64,000 nt of DNA from Lingula anatina (taxonomy: Eukaryota; Animalia; Brachiopoda). The translations under genes were made by a program, and so were the position numbers. The stretch spans positions 7,378,001 to 7,442,000 of the forward strand of contig CM120645.1 of assembly GCA_051362555.1 (NCBI GenBank), given 5' to 3'. Of the stretch, positions 25,473-38,170 are shown one piece after another (the first letter of the stretch is position 1; the number at the start of each line of letters is the position of its first letter). The notes below the pieces were generated by a model. That model worked only from the letters and a program-made list of their open reading frames with translations, searched no databases and had not been told where the DNA came from.

Positions 25473-28400
25473 CTAGAGTTTCAGAATGGCGCGGCCCTTT
25501 ATTTGTCCTTTCTTCAAAAGCCCAAGGACTTCTGTCGCCTGATCCAGCTCGTAGAACACAAGTGGAGGAGGTTTCAGCTGGAACAGAACCAAAAAAAAAA
25601 AAAAAAAAATTAATTGCGCAACTGTGAATGGGATTTTGGTATTTATTGACATTGAACTGTAATAAATAAATAAATAACATCTAACCATAGAAACACCCCG
25701 TTAAAATGCAGACGCCAAGTAACATGCTTAAATGTTTGGATCAGAAGCATTGTTTTCAGGAACGTTTGGTATGGTTACACATGGAATGAGCACATCCACT
25801 GATTTTTCAGAAATACATTGATCTATGCTTGGAGAGTTTACCCCGCTGCACATATTTTCAGTCAACTTGTAAATATACAAATTGTATTTTAACGTTCCCA
25901 TTACCTTCCCAACCGTACACGTTCAACCGACATAAATAGGCTGAATAATCCCTTTCTTTTTATCAGTTTAAAAGGAATCCAGTGGAATAAAATGTATGAA
26001 AAACAATCAGATTTCTTTGCTTTCAACTGAACGAAACAAGCAGTTTTCTATCAGTCAAATTAGAAAAAAAAAACGTTGTATGTAAAGGTAAACGACATTC
26101 TATCCAATGACCACGGTATTTCTAACACCAGGTGTCAGGGCGGTAACAGGAATTGCAGTCTCGTGCAAGTCTCGTACCTTTCTCTGATCAACCAGTACCA
26201 CGAGGTCTTTAAGTTGTTGCGGGTTTCCCACGTACACCCCTCTAACACACTGCGTCTTCAAGGCAAAGACGGGGAGAGGGATGTTCAGACAGCCACCAAA
26301 CAGGCCAACACTGCCAAGGATACCACCCTGTAAATAGAAAAAGTGTGTAGCAGGTGTAATTTGTATGTAGATCCTGTTTTAAAGAGACTTAACGTGAATT
26401 AAATTTTCCATAAAACGTCGGGTCGACCCTCTTTAAAGGACTATGTACGAGTCAGCCTTTAAATCAAGGCCATTTGACGAAGGTTCAAAACATTATATGA
26501 CTCATACGTGAAAAAAGTATTTTAGTTACTTTTTTACCGTCTTAATACAAGAGACTGAAAAATATATTTCACAGTATGAACCAATTGTTTTGAATGACAA
26601 GGGAGAGTGTTCTGTAAGAGATGAGCTAGTGACTAATCAGGCATATGCCGCTAGAAGCAGAAAAAATCCAGAATTTATTACATGTGAGTGAGAACATCTG
26701 TAAAGAGATCAGGGTATATTTGGTAGTTCATCAAATAGAGCTACAGATATTTGGTCAGCAACCAAAGTTAGAAATTACTGCTTAATATGCCTTGTTGATC
26801 GTACATGCAGTAGAACATATTTGTTTCCAAAACAAACCAGGTAAGTTGTAAAAAAACCCCTTTAAATCATAATTATTATCGTCATAACATGGAAAGCAAT
26901 TTGAGATATTAAGTATACTTAAAAAGACCACCGTCCCACTAGCAGTCTGTTACAAAATCACTGTCTCGGATAGGTATACATTAATTTTGTATGCTATTTT
27001 AGAGTCCCCTGATGTCAGAGGGTATACAGTGGCGATCACGATTCCATTTCACTTAAAAGACATGCTGTGTTTCTTTTTGATTTTCACTTACGTGGTGGAG
27101 AGCGTTCAGTGCCCTGGTCGTAGTAGGGCCGGCGTTGACCAGGTCAATAGCAGCGTCCAGACCACCCCCTCCTGCTTTCTTAGTAAGGGCCAGCATGTCT
27201 TCTTCCGTGCCTGGTTATTGAATTTAATATCATGCTTATTACCATATTTATTTATTTGTCTGTCCGTCCATCCTCAACATTGCCTCTATACGCATTATTT
27301 GTTCATTTTGATAACTTCATTTTTACATTTATGCATTTATTTATTCATTTGTTTGTTTTTTGTTGACTTGTTCACTCATATATCTTTGAGAAAAATTGTC
27401 GTTCTTGAAGTACCTTTAACGTCCCATAGGACCACATCATCGGCACCAGCTGCCTTGGCGGTTTCCAACTTCTCCGTCTAAATATCAATAAATAAATATA
27501 AGTATGATTAAATTTAATAATTAATAATTAAATTTGATGTATAACCTACCCTACAAACTATAAAATGCAGTTTGCAGAATTCTGACGTTATAGAAAACAG
27601 CTCTAATCTAGAATTACTCACTCAGTGAATGTCAGAAAGAATTGCATCTGAATAGTTATGGTGAACATTGTTTTATTAAATTCTTTCTCTCATTTATGGC
27701 GCTGATAAACCACCATGATATTCAGCACTTAGCATAGGACAAATAAGCACCAAAATAGTTTTTAAAAGATGTTTATAAAATAAACTTTTTGCATCAAATT
27801 TAAGCAAACAACGTGCACTCGCATACTGCACATGCGACTTACGCTGATGTTCCACCAGCCATCGTACCTCCGTGTTGCTTTGTCAAAAATAAAATATTGT
27901 TACAGGTATGTGTTCTTATTTGAGCAACAGTGTAAGCAAAAAGATATGTGCGCACGTACATTGTATATCGGGTGGCTAAAAAGGTTACTTATTTCAGTTT
28001 AATAGCTTCAACAGTTCACAAGTTGCTTTTGACGGTGTGCCAAAACTAAAAAAGGCAGTGGGTGAGGTCAGAATTACCGGTATGTTATGTGTTAGGTGTT
28101 AGTGTTACAGATCTATTACAGATATGTTACATTAATCAACAATTCTGACCTCTTAATAAACACCAGTGTAACACCAATGTTAGTGTAGCAGATCTGTTGA
28201 AAACTACAGTTCCTGTAACAGATGGTGTTACACCAAACATCTCTGTTACATAAAATGTTAAATTAATCAGAGCAAACTCAAAAATGTTAAGCCTAAATTT
28301 TCAATTGCTTATCCGTTTCTGTAGGGACCAACGAGGGGTTATCACAGAATTATTTTAGCTTATCTGCTTTCAATATTTAGCACGTCAGAAATAAAACATT

Positions 28401-31400
28401 TGAATTCCTCTTAATTTTAGAAAGTTTAACCACCAAGTGGTTAAATTGGTGTTACATCTTCAAGAGGTCAAAATTGAATATGTTAGTGTTAGAAGACATA
28501 CATGTATTTAGTTTTGGCCTAATTTCTAGTAGCCTCCTCAGTGATGTTGATATTTGAGCCTGATTTGCAGGCTATTGCACTCGAGAGAGCCCAAAACTAC
28601 AATAATCGCACAGTTACTGTTAATAACCTTGCGCGCGTTATACGTCACAGGTCTTGCGTAACTACCCACATGCTACGATTTTTCCCTTGGGGGGGGCAGC
28701 AAGCGGCCATTTTGTACACGAGCAAAGCATAGATGGGTGAAAACGATACGTTGTTTTTAACCAAAAACGATGTCCCCAGGGCGAAACTGCCAACACCAAA
28801 AGTAAAGGAGCATACCAACGTTGTTTTGAAACGATGTGGTTAACCTGTCAGTGGCCAGTTGGGGAGAAAAGAGCAGCACTGATAACAAGGTACTGTATAC
28901 ACGTGAACCGGGAAAGTTACTGATAATTTCATGTTGCAAAAGCATAATTAAATCAGTAAGTTATTTTCCAAAGGATATTATTTGAATAGCAGATACATAA
29001 ATCAAACTAACAACAATAAAAATTTTTGATGACATTGAAAATCAAAACCTGCGGTGCACGATAGGTTGAGGAGGACACTGCCACAGCAAGTAATGCATGA
29101 ATTTTGTTACACAACACCATATGCTTGTGTCATTGTTAACTCTGTGGTATTATTACTCAATTTACTGCTCAAATTAATACCTGATACTATTTCTCAGGCT
29201 ACCAAGTACAAATCAACTTATTTTGTGGCAATTGACCTCCATGTTCCATCTTGTGTGCAGGTTGTTTATTTTTGTTATCATTATTATTATTATTTTTTCA
29301 AACACATTTTGATAAAGTGGCTATGCTTTAACAAGAGAAATTTATGCTGAAGTTTAAAAGATTAAATTATCAGTAGTATGACTATGTACAATTAAAGCTA
29401 TTAATTTGATTATGCATATTTGATTTTCAATTATCTTGATTATGATATGAGGTTTCTGCATTTTTCTCTTGCCCTCAAATCAATATCTAACAAGTAAATT
29501 GATAGTGCTTTATTACAAATTTGCTTTATACTTTCAGATGTAAAAACTGTGTAGCAGTTGGTAAAGCTGTAGAGATTGATGTGAGCATAGATCAGGGGAA
29601 ATGGTATTAGAGAAACTAGGAGGACAAGGCATAGATAATGTAGGCTACTAGTAGATCCATCATCACAGCAAGGATAGATGGTGTGATCTTGTCCCTGAAG
29701 CTATGCCACAAGTTTTCAAACTGGTTGAGTCCTTACTAAGACAAGCTGCTGCGGTGTGAATTGTTGTACAGTACATTCAGGTTATACATGGCAGATTTAT
29801 GACAAAAGAGACCTTCACAATATACTTCAAAGAAGTTATTCTTGCATCTATGCCTCAAAAGTATACAGTTACAGTGACTAGAACATTGTCTGCAAATAGT
29901 GAGGCAGTGAAGGCTGCAAGGTGCCATTGTTTTTCAGTATTAAGAATGACAGTATCTGTTTTTTATTTGTTTATTTTTATTTTTCATTTTTAATGGGAGG
30001 GAGACTCACTTTGTTCTTTCAATGCCCATTCAGTTAAGGGTTGGTGGCAATATATGGTAAATCTGTCATGCCTGTATGTAGAATTTCTCTGGCTCAAATT
30101 TCTACATTTATTGGGTGCATTATGAAGTTTCCTGACTGATTAATGAGGTTACTTGCAGAAATATCTTGCTTACACACATTTTGTGATATTTTTACTACTT
30201 TATACATATGATTATTCACATCTCATCAGTGGTGTGTGAAAGGTACTTGGTATTTGCATTTTAGAACTGTAGATCTGTGTACCAGCAGGGTTATATTTCA
30301 TATATCTGCGAATGTTTCTAAAAATAAGCTTCATGTTTGATAATTAATTGGTTTGAAATAAATAAATAAATAACCCAAATAAAATCAATTCATTTTATAT
30401 TTCACATAATTTGTTTTTATTATTCTTCTAAGCATTTAATCATTACATCTCCCATCATTATACTGTTATTGTGTAATAACATTGAAAGTTTCCAAGTTTT
30501 TATTAACAGGTTGATGCTAACGTATTACAAATGAACATAAGCATTAAAGCATATTTCCTTACTCAAATGTATCAAACGTACCACTGGCATAATAGCGGTA
30601 AAGATACAGGTAAAGATGACAGCATTGATAACTGAGTTTACAGCGCTTTTAGTGCAGCTTGGCTAGTGTCAGATTGTTATCTGATAAAGTTTGCTACTAG
30701 TACCTGGGAAGAAAAGGTCTGGCACTTGACAATCAAGTTGATAAAATCAGAAAACGCCTGTAGAAAATAGAGCATACCTGCCCAACATCGATTTGTTCAG
30801 ATTCTTGACTAAGGGGTGCGTTACTGGTGTCAAGGGCCAAGACTTGAACTTAGGGGTTTGGCATGTCACTGGACATTCCTCTCGATTTCTGCCCAAATCT
30901 AATAAAGCCTCAGTTGTTTAACTTTCGCCAAATTTCCAGTATCTACAGGTTGTGTTGTTTAATGCTTGGGGTCTCTTCTTTGGCGGCGGTTAATTGGGGA
31001 CACCTGTGCGGCCTGTCAACGCACCAAGATTCACTTTTGCCGGTGCCACATTTTCAATTGCCGTAAATATCAAATTCATGAATAGAATGAGGAAAAATGA
31101 CAGTTATGAAAAAATGTTTGGAAGTACCTGTCACCTTCGCCACAGTAACCATATGGGCTGTGCTGCCCCCCCACCACAGGCGACACCTTGCGGAGCAAGC
31201 GTGCGTAATCCAGGGTGCAACTGAAAATAACCTTGTCGCGCGACCTTATTCAGAGCCTGTGCTATTCTTGCTGGTGTCACACACCAGGAAATGGGTCAAC
31301 ATGGGGCTATCAGCCTGTTAACAACATGCTGCAGCAGAATAGCAGGATGTTGACCACATGTTAACAGACTGTTTAACTGAACTCCATGTTTTCTTATTTG

Positions 31401-34400
31401 GGCTAACAGGAATGTTAACAGATCTGTAACACTAACACCTAACACATAACATACCTGGAACTATGACCTCACCCAGTGTCATTAGATTTCCAGCATTTAC
31501 TAAATACATTATTTTCTTAATACATTCAAAATTTCATTGCAATATCTTTAAAGCTGTTAAAGTTATTGAACTTTGAAATTAGTAACGTATTTTACCCACA
31601 CAAAATAACAGAGCCCCCTTTGTAACTCACCGTAATGTCGGCGACGATCACTCTGGTTTGCGGAGGCAGGACAGCCTTGGCAATCTGAATACACCACAGA
31701 CCAAGACCTCCAGCCCCGATGATAAGGAGACTGGCACTGCCTGTAGATGAAAAAAGCACACAGTTATGACAACGTTCAATTTAATTAAAACTTGATGTGA
31801 TGAAGGCAGAGATGTTAAATATTAATCAAAATAGATACTAGGTCTGAGTTACATAAAATGGCACTAACTGAACTGCCATATCGCTAATCTTGAAAATAAT
31901 TTTAGTTCATTTTAGAAATATTGTAATCTATATTTGAGTTAAGAACACCCCCGCCTCCTCCAAAAAAATAACGAATGTGACGTTTAAAGGCCTTTGCACT
32001 GAGTGCTGCAGAGATTACTGGAATTTAGCCATACCATCCCCCTACATGTTCCAGTAATGGAAACAGATACAGTCAAGGCGATGATGGAGGCTATAATCTC
32101 TGAAACTCATAGAGCCGATGTAGGAAGAGATGAACGTATATGACGCCATATTAACTGATGTGACGTCAGTTACCTTTAAGTGCCACCATCTTTTCCACGG
32201 TGGCTCTGACAGCGCTCACGGCGTGGAAGGTGGTCAGACCGCTACATGGCAGCATGGTGGCGGTGTCCATTGGCATTGACTCGGGCACCTTGATCACGTA
32301 CTGGCGCTCTGGCACGGGGACGTACGTGGAATAGCTGAATAAAACGAATTATTTATTCTATTACTACTACTAGTACATACTGATGATGATAACGATATGA
32401 TAATAAAAATGATGATTATAACGATGAAAATTATAATAATAATAATACAATGATGATTAACTTGCTTTCAATGTACCATTACAACATTGTTGGTCGTTCA
32501 TGCTACCAGAGTGTCCCTGGTTGCCCAAATTACATCTTTTATCTCGTTTGTTCAATGTGCCCCATTCTTAGAACATTGCAAGTACCCTCTCCCAACCCTA
32601 AAGTCCAATCACCATACCTAGCTCGATCCCTATTTCTGTCGGCCACAATGGCTTTGTCGACCATATTGGGACTTTCAGGCATGCCAGAATATATCCAGAT
32701 AATATCCGGAATTTAATTTTCTATAACTGTGCCGAATTTTTTACTTGTAGGTAAAAGTGCAGCATTCACCCCCTCCCCCAACTCAATTTTTAACCAAATT
32801 GCTGGATTTATTCTCGTGTACTTACCCACCAGGTGCCCCCATACCCAGTGAATTCCATGCCTCTGGGCAGAGCTGGGGGTCTCCGTTCTTGCACAGGCCG
32901 CAATTACGACATCCAATCCACGGGAAGACGATTACCTTGTCCCCAACCTTAATGTCCGGAGCGTCTAAAATACAAAGATATACAAGTCAAGATAACATTC
33001 TTAAAGTTTGTATGTAGTAAATTCATGATAAGGGAAAAGGTTTTAGGCGAACGAGACGTGAGTGAATTCATTTTCAGAAATTCTTGAATTTGCCACTGTG
33101 ACTGTTTTTTTAAAAATAGTTTCGGTACTTCAATGGAATTGCAATGCGAACAACATGACAACATGAAAAGATAAGAACAACAATCGATTTTACTCAATAT
33201 TATTTTTAAGAAATTAAGAATATGTACATAAATATTTATATATAAGATTTCACTCACTTGGTCCTGGGTTTGGTCCAAGGGAATGGACCACTCCAGAGAT
33301 TTCATGACCTGAAAATGGGGGAAATAATTTAGAACTTTTACATATCAAACCTCCATTACTCTCAAATAATATTCATCAGCTGCCAAGTAAATAAAATGCA
33401 GATATAGCTAACACTTTATTTGGGAACGCATTATTAGCAATAATACAATAAGACATTTTAAAGGGAGAAAAGGCGTGTTACGTTTAAACAAGTAACTGTT
33501 TGTGCAACCAATCTACATTTTCTGCAGCCTAGTTGAAGTGTAAGCAGGCCGAGCACATACACGCCCAAACATCTTTCTTCGCGTCTCACACGTGTCATTT
33601 GAACAGTACAGGCTTGTAAAAGACTGGAGGGGAACACATAACCCACTATCACTAAAAAATGGAAAATGCCCATTTGATCTTTGTGATGCAAAAACCGTTG
33701 AGTTTACAGGTTCGCACAAACTACCGGAAAGTTATAAATCGTTTGAACTTTAGATTGCGCCTGCAAGGTCCACATGGTGTTTGGTAAACACAAGTAACCG
33801 AATTCCTAATTTCTAGGTTAAAGTTTGTCATGTTTTCATATCGTCAAAGATAATCGAATAAGAAAACTTAGGTCCAGGATTTCATTTGGGCGAGACTGAA
33901 AACAACGCTGTAGTGACCCATAGGCCTACACCTTTTTATGATTTAAAAATCATGATTTGAATCGTGCACGTACATGCGCATGTGTGACGATTCCCGTACA
34001 GTATTGAAGCGTTGGTATAGAAGAGAGAAAGACAGACAGAGAAAGAGAGACAGAGAATGAGAACAGGGTGCTATATAAAGAAATGGGAATCTGATCGTCT
34101 TAGTTCAGTATGTTTTGAAAGAGAAAAGATATTGTCTCTTGCTTCTGTTACTTTGTCCAGTAGATGGAATCTAGGACCCAAAATATCCAAGATAGAATGT
34201 AAACTTAAGCTGCGAGTTAACCATTTAATTCGGCCAATTCGGTAAATTCGCACCCCTCGTTCTGATTCGTGGCACAAAATCAGCTGAAGTCGTATTATTT
34301 TGCCGGTTACATACGCATACATTACATTTACCACTGTCAATTAATGCAGGAGTGACTACCTTTGCCCTCCCACGACATCTGAGACAGCTGTACCTAAAAT

Positions 34401-36377
34401 AAAATATTTTATATTCACACATTCAAAAGCGTACTGTATTGCCAGTGGTCTAAATTCTAAATGGATATTGCCGATAAAAAGTGCACCGTAATCTAATTTA
34501 AGTCTTATCAATTCAAATATCGGTCGTCAACAGCACCTTCAACTACTGGTAGGCCTTCAACAAGTATTCCTACGTGATATCACTATCAACGCTGATCTCC
34601 ATGTTTACAGAGTTAGAGGGTAAATCTCTTCAGTTTTTGAAGGCTGTTTTTGAAGGCTGGTGGGGGAAAGGGGGAGGGGAGTTCGACCGAACCCGCTCTT
34701 GGTAAAATTTTGAGGTACTATACGAAATTTCGCGGTATAAGGCTACTTTTTCAGAAAAAGAACCCCCCCCCCCCATGAAAATGCTGTCTACGGGCCTTGT
34801 GTGTGGTAAATAATAAACAAGTCACAGTTTTCAAATCCCTCTGTCTAAGTAGAGAGCGTATTGTCGCAGTATCAGGTCGTACATGTTATGTGTTTCCCGG
34901 GTGGCATGCTAAAATGATTGACATCCTCTGGGGCGGATGACCTTTCATCAAGACATCCGACCTTTGAAATCAATAGAAAATTATTGTACGGATTTTTCCT
35001 GTCTTAATTCTTAATTGGTAATGGCGGTGTCTAAGAAATTATTGGTAGTCTCATGCAGAAATAAATACTTTGTTTGAAATACATTTAAAACCTTTTTTTG
35101 CCTTCCTGTTTATACTCGGTAGGATGAGACTGGTAAATTCTGAAATAAAATAAACACTACCAGGTATTAATTTTATACTTTATAAAATAAATAAATCTAG
35201 AGCGAAACCTCTCTTTTTCTTGTCAGAACAAAATCAACCGACCTCTTGCAGCAAAATTATGAAAACAAACAAAGATTTTTTTCGCAAGTAATAATCTCTT
35301 GATTATATATATATTAACTATATAATTAAATATAATAATTTAAGTCACATTTTAGGACAACAACGTTTTATTTCGTTGCTGGTCACTGATCATATTCCCA
35401 GTTGTAGTCTCTAAAAACGTTAGGGCCGTTGAAAAGAATTGAAACGTCAGTTCTCGCCCAAACTTGTGTTTGACATTTAGAAAAAAGTCTGGACAATAAA
35501 CAAAAAAGATCGAACACCTTTTACACCAGACGATCACGAGAACTCATAATGAAGTGCTCCCCCCTTAGACCGTTTAGACTGTACTTTGAATTCCCAGTTT
35601 CCAGAGTTGGGCGTATACGACTTATTCTACAAATTGTGTAAAATTGCAAGCTGAACTTTGTTTTTCCTGCCAAAACACTACCCTTCGACTTCAATGTAGT
35701 AAACTTTCCTTTGGTGTCATCTTTTGGATGTACCTATATTATAAATGTGATACAGCACCGATGGTTTTTAAGGCAACAAATACATGCAAATGCATGTAGC
35801 ACCGGTACAAGTATATCTTATTCTATAAAACTGTGTCTATGATATGTGTTCTTACACAGCAACACAGTAAGGTTTCAAGTCTACATCATAAACTAAATAT
35901 GTATAACATGCCAGAACTCGATGTAGCCTTTTGAAACCCAGGGTACCCGAGAAGGAGAAATCTTTGGAAAGTTTGTCTGGGCGCAATCAGCGACCTTCTG
36001 CCCCAGTTTTTTCCAGAGCAAATTGCAGAAAAGTTATCTGAGGTTAACTCACTCCAATGAACCTAGCGGCCTGACATTTCACTTGATACAGCAATCAGCC
36101 TAAGAAGTAAAGTACAATTTCAGAGGACCCAGTCAAACCGTCTTTTTTTGAAAACGCTGTATTGGCTTTTCTTGAAATCTGGTACATGTAGACACGTTAA
36201 AGTTCGAAAATGATAAAAATGTTTTGGATTTCTTATATTAGCAGTTATAACGAATGGTTCAAAACGGTCTGTTTGTGTTGTCATTTACATAGCATCAAAA
36301 CGGGTGAAATACCCGTATATTTTAGGCACGTTAAATGTTTTTGGTATTTACTAAAACATCATATCACGCAGTTTTCA

Positions 36378-36414
<37 letters not shown>

Positions 36415-37046
36415 CCATACACTGTTTCTAGTAGGTACATGTAACAAATAACCAAAGCGGGTTACCAAAGGGTACAAGTAGCTGCCAGTACGCACGGTTC
36501 AAGGTCGAAAATCGATCGAAGTGATGGTGCAAAAAGAGCAAGAAGATCTTTTTTCTTCAACAAACCTTTATACTTTCTAAGCGGGAGGAAGGGTCATCCG
36601 AATTTTTTGTTACTGTATGTATATATCCACTGACATTAAAAAAGTTAGCGCATATGTGTGTGCGAACTAGCAAGCGAGAAAGAGTTATTACCTGGTACGA
36701 TGGGGAAGTTGTAGTTTGGGTTGTCGCTGAAGTGGGTGACCTTCCCGTTACCTAGCCCCATCTCATCATCCCACAGATGGACGTCAGTGTGACACACGCC
36801 AGCATATGTAGTCTGGAGGAGAGAAAAGACATCTTTAGGCTTTTCTACAGACTGTGATCAGTGCAGAGAGTGGCAAAGATAACTTAGTCATTGAGAATAA
36901 GAAGCCTTAGTGACTACTTAGTTTTTTAACCAAACGAACAACGAGTATTTTTAAGCAAAAATAAAAAATAATTAAATAAAAAATAAATAAAATATATAAT
37001 AATAGCAATAATATAAATAATAACAATAAATAAAAAACAAAAACAA

Positions 37047-37109
<63 letters not shown>

Positions 37110-38170
37110 CATACGGGGCCTTGTGCTTATTTTGCATTACATGATATCAATGTCAATTTCGCAAAGCAATCGTGCTACGCGTAACACACGGCAAATATTT
37201 GGCTTGTTGAAAAAGTACTTTCGCATTTTGGAACATGCAATTCATATTCCTCAGGTCCGTAGCCAGGGGGTCGGGGGGGGGGGGGGGCGGGGAATCGATA
37301 GAACCGCCCCTTTTGTCAGGAAAAGGTCCATTTTGGGTAAAATTTGATCTAGGTACACATAAGTTTCATTGTAAAAGGTCCACTTTTTCAGAAAAAGAAC
37401 CCCCCCTTTTGAATTTGCTGGCTACGGGCCTGTTCCTACTGCATTTAGTGCAAGCATAAAATATTTAAATTCAGAATCATGCATAGAAATAACTTTAATT
37501 ATCAAAGAATCTCAAAGCTAAAGTGTTTTCAAAACGCGTTTGGAGACAAGAGCTTCACACAATAGACTGACGTTGTTGCATCGAAAACGTGATCTTATTC
37601 TGTTAAACTATATCATCTAACGCGAATTTCTCTCTATAAGAAGAGGCGGACATAAAATGCAACAAAAAGTCAATTGATTTATTTGCAAAAATAAAGATAA
37701 AAATACTTTGATTGACAAATGTCTTTTCAATATATTTGCGCAACTTTCACACATCTCTTAGCCCTGAGAACTGAAAGTTCCAAGGTCAACAAAGTAAGGC
37801 ATGAGGGCACAGCATTCGTCGCAATATTTGTTTAGCGCCTCTAAATTAGGTGAGGCAGATTAGCATCTTGAAAAAAAAAAAGAAGGGAAAAAAGAAAAAC
37901 CTTGACATCAGACCCTGAGATATTCCAGCGTCGCGTGGAATGTTGAATGGCAAATGGGGGAAAAACTAGTTGTTACCTGCACAGCAAAAACTAAAAGATA
38001 TTTAGTGAAAAGAGGGCCTCAAAATAGATTGTGCGGAAAATTATTTAAAGACCACAGATGCCCATATCCCCACTCACCTTCACGACCAGCCCCTCCGGAG
38101 GGGGCTCAGGGACGGGCAAGTCCACTAAGCCCAGGGGTTGTGAGGGCACCTGTATCTCTGCACGACGCAT
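25473..38170 (-). CDS. Zinc-dependent medium-chain alcohol dehydrogenase, divergent paralog 4 (370 aa, 10 coding exons)
   Basis: Exons (-): 38078-38170, 36692-36812, 33258-33308, 32826-32964, 32174-32334, 31631-31740, 27414-27477, 27092-27210, 26178-26327, 25473-25577 = 1113 nt. Motifs GVCHTDVH, GHEISG, FPWIGCRNCGLC..C, LPCSGLT, GAGGLG, GRAIL. Intron positions match paralogs 1-3 but I could not align the intron sequences. Confidence 0.94.
27964..31607. mobile_element. Old Tc1/mariner-like MITE split by a later insertion
   Basis: The left end tatatcgggtggctaaaaaggttacttatttcagtttaatagcttcaacag is an imperfect inversion of the right end ctgttaaagttattgaactttgaaattagtaacgtattttacccacacaaaata. 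TA-flanked. Confidence 0.55.
28056..31478. mobile_element. About 3.4 kb non-autonomous CACTA/EnSpm-like DNA transposon in ADH paralog 4 intron 6
   Basis: About 60-bp TIRs: left cagtgggtgaggtcagaattaccggtatgttatgtgttaggtgttagtgttacagatct, right agatctgtaacactaacacctaacacataacatacctggaactatgacctcacccagtg (CACTG terminus). Many short subterminal tgttac/tgttaac repeats. No intact ORF; target-site duplication not recognisable. Confidence 0.7.
37051..37107. repeat. (TA)n microsatellite
   Basis: Read directly. Confidence 0.95.
37252..37432. mobile_element. Short MITE with CAGG termini; degenerate relatives near 34655-34800 and 46555-46700
   Basis: TIRs caggtccgtagccag / ctggctacgggcctg, flanked by ttcct on both sides. 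The internal aaaaggtcc...ttttcagaaaaagaacccccc motif recurs elsewhere in the window. Confidence 0.7.

Noticed and set aside
26987-27481. 164-aa plus-strand ORF
   Set aside because: It is the antisense shadow of ADH4 exons 7-8 plus low-complexity intron.
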